A stretch of DNA of 64,000 bases. It comes from an uncultured Candidatus Saccharibacteria bacterium. GTDB taxonomy: Bacteria; Patescibacteriota; Saccharimonadia; Saccharimonadales; CAZDQS01. The notes below the pieces were generated by a model that made no database searches, was not told the origin of the DNA, and saw only the letters and a program-made list of their open reading frames with translations. A program made the position numbers and the translations under genes. The stretch spans positions 102,121 to 166,120 of the forward strand of contig CAZDQS010000001.1 of the NCBI GenBank assembly GCA_964507855.1. The letters are read 5' to 3'. This document shows, one piece after another, positions 55,002 to 62,136 of this stretch; the first letter of the stretch is position 1; each line of letters starts with the position of its first letter.

Positions 55002-56375
55002 ATGAAGCAATCAGAGACAGAGCAGTTGTCAGAAAAACCCTCGCGACTCACCCGGCTGATGGAGGCGGGCATAGTGAGCATTCTTGTGCTCGTACCGTTC
55101 CACGCGCTGTTTACTACCTGGTTGGGCGTGGAATTTGGTTACATTGACGTATTTCGTATTTGGAAAGAAATCCTTATCACTATGGTTGCCGTGCTTGCTG
55201 CAGTTGTGCTTGTCCGGCGGCAGCATACGCGGGCATTTTTCAGGGATCGCATCATATATCTAATACTTGCCTATGCGCTGTTGCACGTGCTCTTGGGCGG
55301 CTGGGCATTTGCCCGCGGACAGGTAAGTGCTGAGGCGCTTCTGTTTGCGCTCGTCGTCAATCTGCGCCTCTTTGCGTTCTTTGCGTTGGCGTGGTTTGTC
55401 GGGCTGCTGGTACCGCGCCTCAGAGCGCTCCGGTATAAGTTGCTGCTGGTTCCTGCAGTAATCGTGATTGGCTTTGGGCTGTTGCAGCTGCTGGTATTGC
55501 CGCATGATTTTTTGACACATTTCGGCTACGGGCCGGATACCATAACGGCCGTTTATACTGTTGATAACAAACTGGAGTACCAACGGCTGCAATCTACTTT
55601 GCGCGGGCCGAATCCGCTTGGCGCTTACCTCATGGTCATTTTGGCGGCCGTAACGGCTCTGTGGCTGGCACGCGATACGTATCTTTCGAAGGCAAAATTG
55701 AGCCTGACGGCAGTTACAGGCGCGATTGTGCTGATCTTTACATACTCGCGGAGTGCGTGGCTTGGGACAATCGCGGCCCTGGCGCTGCTTGTTTTTTGGA
55801 GCCTGAAGAATGCGCAGGCAAAACGAGCCCTACTTGCCGGCGGTGTTGTACTGCTTGTGTTCGCTGCGGGTGTCGTATGGCTTATGCGTGATAATGATGT
55901 GTTGCAGAACGCGCTGTTCCATACCGATGAGCACTCCTCATCCGCTGCCAGTTCCAACGCCGAGCGGGCGGAAAACGTCAGCCGTGGCGTGCGTGAGGTT
56001 GTTGCAGAGCCGCTCGGCCGCGGGCCGGGTACGGCCGGGCCAGCCTCATTCCGGAACACTGCTCAGCCGGCACGCCTTGCCGAAAATTATTTCCTGCAGC
56101 TGGGGCAGGAGGTGGGTGTCGTCGGCCTCGGGCTGTTCGTGGCTATCTCCATCCTTGTTGCGCAGCGGCTGTGGCAACTGCGACATGATACGATTGCCCG
56201 GATGCTCGTGGCCAGCCTGGCCGGTATCACGCTTGTTAACATTCTGTCCCATGCCTGGACTGATGACACCCTGGCAATGCTATGGTGGGGACTGGCCGGT
56301 ATCACACTTGCTACTCTGAAAACAAAAACACAAGGTGATATACTGAAGGCCAAGAGGCAACACACAAAAACATGA
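55002..56375 (+). CDS. O-antigen ligase/polymerase-like membrane protein (Wzy_C domain)
   Basis: I chose ATG 55002 (MKQSETEQ...) over track start 54906, which overlaps the divergent upstream gene. It is polytopic, with FTYSRSAWLGTIAAL followed by a large loop, as in the O-antigen ligase family. Confidence 0.6.
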   Translation: MKQSETEQLSEKPSRLTRLMEAGIVSILVLVPFHALFTTWLGVEFGYIDVFRIWKEILITMVAVLAAVVLVRRQHTRAFFRDRIIYLILAYALLHVLLGGWAFARGQVSAEALLFALVVNLRLFAFFALAWFVGLLVPRLRALRYKLLLVPAVIVIGFGLLQLLVLPHDFLTHFGYGPDTITAVYTVDNKLEYQRLQSTLRGPNPLGAYLMVILAAVTALWLARDTYLSKAKLSLTAVTGAIVLIFTYSRSAWLGTIAALALLVFWSLKNAQAKRALLAGGVVLLVFAAGVVWLMRDNDVLQNALFHTDEHSSSAASSNAERAENVSRGVREVVAEPLGRGPGTAGPASFRNTAQPARLAENYFLQLGQEVGVVGLGLFVAISILVAQRLWQLRHDTIARMLVASLAGITLVNILSHAWTDDTLAMLWWGLAGITLATLKTKTQGDILKAKRQHTKT

Positions 56376-56809
56376 AACTAAAACTTCGCAAAAAACAGAA
56401 ACGAGAAGTTCGGCGCATTGTCGAATACATGGTCAGCGGTGGCGCCTACTTCTGGAGCGGCTACCTTATGTTCTTTGCGCTCGACAAGGGGTTGGGGCTT
56501 AGCCTGTGGTGGGCGAAATTGCTGGCGAACATAACGGGGTGGATTGTGAACTATATGCTGCAACGCTATTGGGTGTTCAATAACCCCAAGCTGGCCAAGC
56601 ATCAGACAGAGGTGACCACGCGCTATCTGACAATTACTGGCGTGAATTTCGTGCTCGATTATTTGATTGTTAATAGCCTGAGAACCATCGGTATTACCCC
56701 TTATATCGGCCAATTTGTTTCATCGGGCTTCTTTACCATGTGGAATTATCTATGGTACCGATTCTGGGTCTTCCCTGATAAATATCCGCGCAAGCGGAGG
56801 GTGCTATGA
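56372..56809 (+). CDS. GtrA family protein (stand-alone)
   Basis: 145 aa with four TM segments and the motifs RIVEYMVSGGAYFWSGY...NYMLQRYWVFN...WNYLWYRFWVF. Confidence 0.75.
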   Translation: MKLKLRKKQKREVRRIVEYMVSGGAYFWSGYLMFFALDKGLGLSLWWAKLLANITGWIVNYMLQRYWVFNNPKLAKHQTEVTTRYLTITGVNFVLDYLIVNSLRTIGITPYIGQFVSSGFFTMWNYLWYRFWVFPDKYPRKRRVL

Positions 56810-57276
56810 GTACTAAGGCGGAAGCGTCCATCCGACCAACCAAAAAACAGCGCGAGCTACTGGTCTTTATCGAGAATTTTATCGGTGAGCACGGCTATAG
56901 CCCAAGCTACCGGGAGATTATGACAGGCCTCAATTATACGTCTGTGGCCACCGTTGCGCTGCACGTCAACAGTCTCATTAAGCGCGGCCACTTGCGGAAG
57001 CGTGACCGATCAGCCCGATCGCTGGAGGTTGTGAAGGAAGACGCCGGTTCAGACAAGGTGCCGACTAACCGTATCAAAGAAGCCGAAGAGAAGTGGCTCG
57101 TCCAAAAGGTCGATTATTACTTTCAGGCTGCCGAACAGTCCAGCCAGCTCACAAGCGGGGAAGTAGACCAGCTGTATGTGTTGATTGGTGCGCTGAAGGT
57201 CCTTGGTCTCGATGGCGCGGCCCAGTCATTCATCCCACGCTTGTCGGTGCTCAAGGCAAAAGAAGCCGGCAAATAA
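56806..57276 (+). CDS. LexA-N-terminal-type winged-helix DNA-binding protein lacking an S24 peptidase domain
   Basis: 156 aa. TKKQRELLVFIENFIGEHGYSPSYREIMTGLNYTSVATVALHVNSLIKRGHLRK matches the LexA DNA-binding domain pattern. The C-terminal roughly 85 aa show no Ser/Lys-dyad context. Its start overlaps the gtrA-like stop (ATGA). Confidence 0.6.
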   Translation: MSTKAEASIRPTKKQRELLVFIENFIGEHGYSPSYREIMTGLNYTSVATVALHVNSLIKRGHLRKRDRSARSLEVVKEDAGSDKVPTNRIKEAEEKWLVQKVDYYFQAAEQSSQLTSGEVDQLYVLIGALKVLGLDGAAQSFIPRLSVLKAKEAGK

Positions 57277-57303
57277 GCACTGGTTCGGTATACTTAAAAA
57301 TAG

Positions 57304-58101
57304 ATGAATTTGTTGCAAGCGTTGATTATGGGTCTGCTGCAGGGCTTGACGGAATTCCTGCCAGTTTCCAGTTCCGGGCATTTGCTGTTTGCGCAACATC
57401 TTTTTGGTGTTGAAGAATATGGGCTAGCTTTTGACGTAGCGCTGCACATTGGTACGCTCGGCGCACTTATTATTTATTTTCATCGGGACATTGTGAATCT
57501 GGCAGTCGCGCTCTTTAGGAAGGGCCGGCAGACGAGATTGGCGTGGCTGGTTGTGCTGGCGACAATGCCGGCGGTCCTGGCTGGCATGTTGTTGCAAGAC
57601 TTTGCGGAATCAACGTTTCGGTCACCTTACCTGGTGTCGTTTACGCTCATGGCTGTTGCTGTGCTGATGATTGTAGCTGAGCGGATAAACGCACGGCGCA
57701 CTCAGCTGGCTCATCTCCAACACATGAACCGCTGGCAGGCATTAGCCGTTGGTGCGGCTCAGGCGGTCGCTTTGGTGCCTGGGGTGTCGCGCTCTGGCAG
57801 CACAATTACCGCCGGGTTGTTCGCCGGTCTTGACCGGGTAGCGGCGACGCGGTTTTCATTCTTGCTCTCCATCCCAATTACCGCCGGAGCCATCGCCAAG
57901 GTGCTACTGGAGGATTCGGAGCTGCAGCAAATTAGCCAAGAGCCGGGCATCTTCCTGATCGGTATCTTGGCAGCGTTTGTGAGCGGCCTCCTGGCAATAC
58001 GGTTCCTGCTGAAGTTCGTTGCCCGGCATAGCTTGAACGTATTTGCGTATTACCGGATTGGTCTGGGTGTGCTGATGCTGGCTGGGCTTATTCTTCTGTA
58101 G
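57304..58101 (+). CDS. uppP: undecaprenyl-diphosphate phosphatase
   Basis: 265 aa with LLQGLTEFLPVSSSGHL and PGVSRSGSTI, the BacA/UppP signatures. Confidence 0.9.
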   Translation: MNLLQALIMGLLQGLTEFLPVSSSGHLLFAQHLFGVEEYGLAFDVALHIGTLGALIIYFHRDIVNLAVALFRKGRQTRLAWLVVLATMPAVLAGMLLQDFAESTFRSPYLVSFTLMAVAVLMIVAERINARRTQLAHLQHMNRWQALAVGAAQAVALVPGVSRSGSTITAGLFAGLDRVAATRFSFLLSIPITAGAIAKVLLEDSELQQISQEPGIFLIGILAAFVSGLLAIRFLLKFVARHSLNVFAYYRIGLGVLMLAGLILL

Positions 58102-59068
58102 GAGACCTAGGGTCGACATACTCGACGCTAACTAAATCCGACATGCCGTGCCGCTTGAAGAGCGGCAATGCTCGACGTGCCATCTCGCCAAACGTATCGT
58201 GAACAGAATCTCCGGCTACCGGCTCACAGAGTCCAGCATCCTCAACAAATGCCTGGTCATCGGGCACAATTTTACCGGCTTCAAAGCTCGGCATGCTCTT
58301 GACGAGGCAGAACAGGGTGGTCCGGCCAAGCAGAAAGCGGACATTGCTCCTGCTTAGAGGTTGCAACCGGAGCACGTCACCCGAATCAGTGTGCGTGAGC
58401 TGATCATGGCTGGCACCCGGATGGACAAAGATAACATTTCCAGCCTCGGCAGTGGCTGCATCAAGATCTTTCTTGACCTGATTATTGTGCGCGCCGCGTA
58501 CTCTCGTGGGTATTGTCCCGGCAAGCTTGCCGTTTTTTGAGTTTGGCAAAGTGCGGATAACGTTGCTGATATGTCGTAGGCCGCCCTGTACTACTGAGCC
58601 GCCAGTTAATTCTGTCCCGAGCGTATCAACAAACCGGCTGATGGTCGAATAGTAGTGACGGGCTGCTTCCGCGCGGTCCTTATACACGCCGAACTTCACG
58701 CCGGCTTCAATCCAGGCCATGATCATCGTTGGCGAATCAGCAAAATGGGCATGGTTCATGGCTACAGTCAGGGAGCCTTTCTCAAGTAAGTTCGGTATGT
58801 CGTGACGTTCCCATATGTGACATACCGCCGGTACGACGTCATCTTCGAAATTAGCGGCAAGGGAAGGCGCGCCAAGTCCCACGAGCACGTCTGTCATGTC
58901 ACTGTTCTCGGTGTAGGGAAGGCGGGTCTGGCTGAAGTCGTGGAGTTCAGGGTCAAAAGCTACTTCATCGAACCCGCTATACCGTGGGTCGGTACGTTTT
59001 ACGTTCAAAAAGTGTTCATGGACGACCTCGCTATGGGAGGTTAGCTCACGTGACCCGATTCTATTCAT
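58088..59068 (-). CDS. hypothetical protein (contains an NHx4D-like motif; possible acyltransferase-like)
   Basis: 326-aa ORF. The only recognisable element is MNHAHFADSP (NHxxxxD, as in PlsC-type acyltransferases) and a later FVHPGAS. This is a weak assignment. Confidence 0.35.
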   Translation of the reverse strand: MNRIGSRELTSHSEVVHEHFLNVKRTDPRYSGFDEVAFDPELHDFSQTRLPYTENSDMTDVLVGLGAPSLAANFEDDVVPAVCHIWERHDIPNLLEKGSLTVAMNHAHFADSPTMIMAWIEAGVKFGVYKDRAEAARHYYSTISRFVDTLGTELTGGSVVQGGLRHISNVIRTLPNSKNGKLAGTIPTRVRGAHNNQVKKDLDAATAEAGNVIFVHPGASHDQLTHTDSGDVLRLQPLSRSNVRFLLGRTTLFCLVKSMPSFEAGKIVPDDQAFVEDAGLCEPVAGDSVHDTFGEMARRALPLFKRHGMSDLVSVEYVDPRSPTEE

Positions 59069-59169
59069 CAGTGACTATAATACCAGAATGTTTCATAATA
59101 ATGGTCAAGCTTAGACAAAAATACTACATATAGCGTAGGTTGCTTGTGCTACACTACTAGCAGGTACGA

Positions 59170-59367
59170 TTAACAATAAAAAGCTGGAAGTCCGGTGTGA
59201 ATCCGGAGGCAGTGCCGCTACGGTGATGCTTGCAATATGCAAGACAAGCCCGACACAGCAAGTAAGTCAGCCTTTCTTAAGTCTATGAGTGAGAAAGGTC
59301 TCCCGAGCAGGAGCAACAGGTCTTTTATAGAGGCCCTCAGTTCCGCTCGGAAACTGAGGGTATTTTT
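59170..59367 (+). promoter_or_regulatory. candidate compact cobalamin riboswitch with terminator expression platform
   Basis: 59177..59259, AAAAGCTGGAAGTCCGGTGTGAATCCGGAGGCAGTGCCGCTACGGTGA...AAGCCCGACACAGC, matches the recalled cobalamin core (GGAAG.C.GGTG.GAATCC.G.GCAG..CCGCTAC.GTGA) and a partial B12 box (AAGCCCGA). GCTG and CAGC can close the aptamer. An intrinsic terminator follows. Confidence 0.6.
59334..59367 (+). terminator. intrinsic terminator / SD-sequestering hairpin immediately 5' of ATG 59368
   Basis: CCCTCAGTT (59334..59342) pairs with AACTGAGGG (59352..59360). The loop is CCGCTCGG(A) and TATTTTT follows. The 3' stem arm contains the only SD-like GAGGG for the downstream ORF. 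Confidence 0.6.
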
Positions 59368-60726
59368 ATGGCCGCAATCGCGGAGTTACACAAACAAACG
59401 TTTGAAGAAGTTACAGCACCGGATACGTGGCGACCGCTCGTGATGGCGATGCCGGAGACGGTTTATGAGCAGGCGCCGCGTATGCGGGCAGCTCAGTTTA
59501 TCGGCGCGGCTGCGACGAGCGTGGAAGTTGGACGCGAGCATGTCAGTGAGACATCTACATACTCCTTGATGCATGCGGTTCATGAAGCGGCCCGAGGCAG
59601 CGAAGAGGCGCGGTCTATGGTGCGCCGCAATGTAGCCACCGACGTCGTGGAGCGGACGATAAAAAGCGGCCACATTACTCGGGTCGAATTGAGTGTTGAC
59701 GATCAGGGCAGGGTGATGCAGCATGGCCAATCAGCTATAGATATACAGCGCAATAGTTTACGGTATGCGGCACATAGCCCGCAGATGCGCCGGCGGGTTG
59801 AAGCTGAAGCCCGGAATATGTTCCGGATAGAGGAAGCCTTTCGTCATGGGTTGCTGGAGGATTATGTCTTTGTTGTCTTTTCGCGGGCGCCTGACGATAT
59901 GAGCGAGGAGCAGGCAGCCAAGACAGGCTTCTTCACCGATACCATGAGCTGTGCAATTCAAGTCACGTCATATGATAAGGGTGCTTTGACGGTTGAAAGC
60001 GCTTTCGTGGCCGGCAAGACAGCTTGGGATAAGTCACGCCATGATGCCGAAACAGTTGGTCGGATCGGTGATTTGCTGGGTGTGAATCTGCGAGACAAAG
60101 GTGCTACCGAGCTGCTCGACTTCCCACTCCTGGTTCATAAAAGTCTGCTGGAAAATGGTGTCGTAGATTTGGTACAGCTTTATGACCATAGCGCTGGCAA
60201 CACATTTTTTGGTGAAGCGAAACAACAGCAAGACTACCTGGCCTATGTCCAGGCATGCCGAGAACGCGAAGCAACATTTGATACGCGCGTGAACACAATC
60301 GTCCGACGTCTGATTGCTGAAGCTCATCAACTGCGGACACCACAGGCTGCCAGTCGTCGTTTGAGTAAATTGTCCGGGGAAGAAATGCTAGAGCAGAGTA
60401 TCGTTGACACTAGTATTGATCCGCGGGTTTTTGGTATTGATGCGGCTTGGCGTATTGAGCATGCCCGGTATCTGGTCGAAGCCGGCCAGATGGACACAGT
60501 AAGATCAGTTATTGATGAGGCGAAGTTACTGGAGCGTTCGTCATCTTGCCCTAGCGGGGCAGGTGGTGCCGCAGGAAGTGAAGGCGACAAGTCTGATAGC
60601 ACGAACAGTGGAGAACTGGACGATTGCGAGTTTGTTTCCAAAGAATGTCCAAAGTGTCATAAGAAAAATGTAAAAACAGTTGTGAAGAAGGGGCGCTACC
60701 ACGGTGCCTGCGGGTGCAAGAGTTAA
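59368..60726 (+). CDS. hypothetical protein with C-terminal zinc-ribbon
   Basis: 452-aa ORF directly after the riboswitch terminator. I recognise no family. The C-terminus is CEFVSKECPKCHKKNVKTVVKKGRYHGACGC. Confidence 0.5.
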   Translation: MAAIAELHKQTFEEVTAPDTWRPLVMAMPETVYEQAPRMRAAQFIGAAATSVEVGREHVSETSTYSLMHAVHEAARGSEEARSMVRRNVATDVVERTIKSGHITRVELSVDDQGRVMQHGQSAIDIQRNSLRYAAHSPQMRRRVEAEARNMFRIEEAFRHGLLEDYVFVVFSRAPDDMSEEQAAKTGFFTDTMSCAIQVTSYDKGALTVESAFVAGKTAWDKSRHDAETVGRIGDLLGVNLRDKGATELLDFPLLVHKSLLENGVVDLVQLYDHSAGNTFFGEAKQQQDYLAYVQACREREATFDTRVNTIVRRLIAEAHQLRTPQAASRRLSKLSGEEMLEQSIVDTSIDPRVFGIDAAWRIEHARYLVEAGQMDTVRSVIDEAKLLERSSSCPSGAGGAAGSEGDKSDSTNSGELDDCEFVSKECPKCHKKNVKTVVKKGRYHGACGCKS

Positions 60727-60740
60727 TTAAGGGGATTGCA

Positions 60741-60941
60741 ATGGCACAGTTATCAAAAGAACAGTACAAACAGCAGCAGGCCGATTGCGACGGACTGTGT
60801 GACATTACTGACGAAATGCTGGCGCAGGAGCCGGATTTGATGCGGTGCGTGACCTGTCCGTTCTGTAAGCAGACCGTTGATGCTATCTTGACGCCAACGA
60901 CTATCAGTTGCCCCAAATGCTATATAGTTGTGTCGCGCTAG
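60741..60941 (+). CDS. small Cys-rich zinc-ribbon protein
   Basis: 66 aa from ATG 60741 (SD AAGGGG upstream): MAQLSKEQYKQQQADCDGLCDITDEMLAQEPDLMRCVTCPFCKQTVDAILTPTTISCPKCYIVVSR. It has CxxxC, CxxCxxC and CxxC motifs. Confidence 0.45.
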   Translation: MAQLSKEQYKQQQADCDGLCDITDEMLAQEPDLMRCVTCPFCKQTVDAILTPTTISCPKCYIVVSR

Positions 60942-60991
60942 TTACCAGTTGCTATATGGTGCAAAGCCGCAGGACTCTGTAAAATAAATGC

Positions 60992-61141
60992 ATGACTGAT
61001 GACGAGCGGCAGCTATATGAGGAGGTGGTAAAGGAGCAGTCTCCGTACCTTTTCTGTGACAGTTGCGGGCATTATCCGATCGAGCCCAGAACAGTCCAGT
61101 GGACTGTTTCTGTAGACACGAGGGAACCGTCATGGCAGTAG
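60992..61141 (+). CDS. possible small ORF (49 aa, CxxC)
   Basis: Hand translation: MTDDERQLYEEVVKEQSPYLFCDSCGHYPIEPRTVQWTVSVDTREPSWQ. There is no clear SD. Its stop overlaps the ATG at 61132 by 10 nt. It could be the frameshifted N-terminal part of the next ORF. Confidence 0.25.
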   Translation: MTDDERQLYEEVVKEQSPYLFCDSCGHYPIEPRTVQWTVSVDTREPSWQ

Positions 61142-61242
61142 CGAACAGGCTGTACTCATGTATAGAGCTACATGGGCACTTTGTCTGTCCGGCCTGTCAC
61201 ATGCCCACCAAATGCTGTGAAGGAGCTCCATTGTATGAATAG
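61132..61242 (+). CDS. small Cys-rich peptide ending in KCCEGAPLYE (copy 1)
   Basis: Hand translation, 36 aa: MAVANRLYSCIELHGHFVCPACHMPTKCCEGAPLYE. SD-like GAGGG lies upstream. The frame is open from 61060, so an earlier GTG or TTG start is possible. Confidence 0.4.
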   Translation: MAVANRLYSCIELHGHFVCPACHMPTKCCEGAPLYE

Positions 61243-61372
61243 AACGAACTGCATAAGAGAGGAGAGCAGCCCGAGCTTGAATTCATTTCAAGCACGGCGC
61301 GATGAGAGAGGATGCTCCCCTCTCGTAAGCGGTAGCGCTAAGTGTTGCGAAGGAGCTCCATTGTATGAGTGA
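61235..61372 (+). CDS. small Cys-containing peptide ending in KCCEGAPLYE (copy 2)
   Basis: 45 aa from ATG 61235 (track ORF 61172..61372): MNRTNCIREESSPSLNSFQARRDERGCSPLVSGSAKCCEGAPLYE. An AGGAG SD lies 9 nt upstream, and the ATG is embedded in the tail of the previous ORF. Confidence 0.4.
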   Translation: MNRTNCIREESSPSLNSFQARRDERGCSPLVSGSAKCCEGAPLYE

Positions 61373-62132
61373 TGCAAATGTTGCTGCAATTGATGCAGTT
61401 GCAGTTGAGCGGAAAGTGACGAGCGGCAGTCTGCCGCGCCGCCTGTTTTGGTGGTTTGTTGGCATCACTGCTGTTCTGTTGATAATTCACCTTGCCCTGC
61501 AGTACCTCAACGTCAACGTGTATAACGAAAAGCACGGACAGATATTTGAGTTGTCCAACCGGTTTGATATGGATGATGAGGTAAGCGTGCCGAGCTGGTT
61601 TGCACAGTTTGCGTTGTCGGTGTCAGGGGTGTTGGCATTGCTTGCGGTCGTTATGAGCGCTGATAAGGGCCTGCAGCGGCTATGGACGGGCTTGGGGGTT
61701 TTGGGTGTATTGCTGGCGCTCGACGAGGGGGCGGGGCTTCATGAGTTTGTCCTGCAGATTGTCCACTTGGGTTTCTTTGGCCTCGATTCGCCAACTGCCG
61801 CGCTGAACGCCTGGTGGGTGGTCATACCGTTTATTGTTGGTATTGGTCTGTGGATCCTCTGGTATGTCTGGAAGCATGTGCCGCGGAAGACGTTTGCGCT
61901 CATGGCGGTGGGCGGGGTGCTATATGTGGCAGGCGCGGTTGTCATGGATCTTTCAAGCAGCAGTTACAAGGGGGTGAATTTCTTCTACCAAGGTATACTG
62001 ACGGGCGTCGAGGAGACCTTGGAACTGTTGGGAACAAGTATTGTTATCTATGGTGTAGCGTCCTATATAGATACCCATCATGGCGATACGGTCCGTAAAG
62101 CGTGGCGCCAACTCAAGCCAAAAGGCGAATAA
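61365..62132 (+). CDS. polytopic membrane protein, unknown function
   Basis: 255 aa with about 6 TM segments. It has the same AGGAG-N9-ATG initiation block as the preceding small ORF, and its ATG is embedded in that ORF's tail. Confidence 0.55.
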   Translation: MSDANVAAIDAVAVERKVTSGSLPRRLFWWFVGITAVLLIIHLALQYLNVNVYNEKHGQIFELSNRFDMDDEVSVPSWFAQFALSVSGVLALLAVVMSADKGLQRLWTGLGVLGVLLALDEGAGLHEFVLQIVHLGFFGLDSPTAALNAWWVVIPFIVGIGLWILWYVWKHVPRKTFALMAVGGVLYVAGAVVMDLSSSSYKGVNFFYQGILTGVEETLELLGTSIVIYGVASYIDTHHGDTVRKAWRQLKPKGE

Positions 62133-62136
62133 CTTC

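Noticed and set aside
59237-59443. 68-aa + strand ORF overlapping the leader and the start of the 452-aa gene
   Set aside because: It runs through the predicted riboswitch expression platform and terminator hairpin in a different frame from the downstream CDS. The RNA-structure explanation is better supported.
60942-61133. 63-aa minus-strand ORF
   Set aside because: It lies opposite the chain of coupled + strand small ORFs, with no RBS and no motifs. The + strand reading explains the conserved KCCEGAPLYE blocks.
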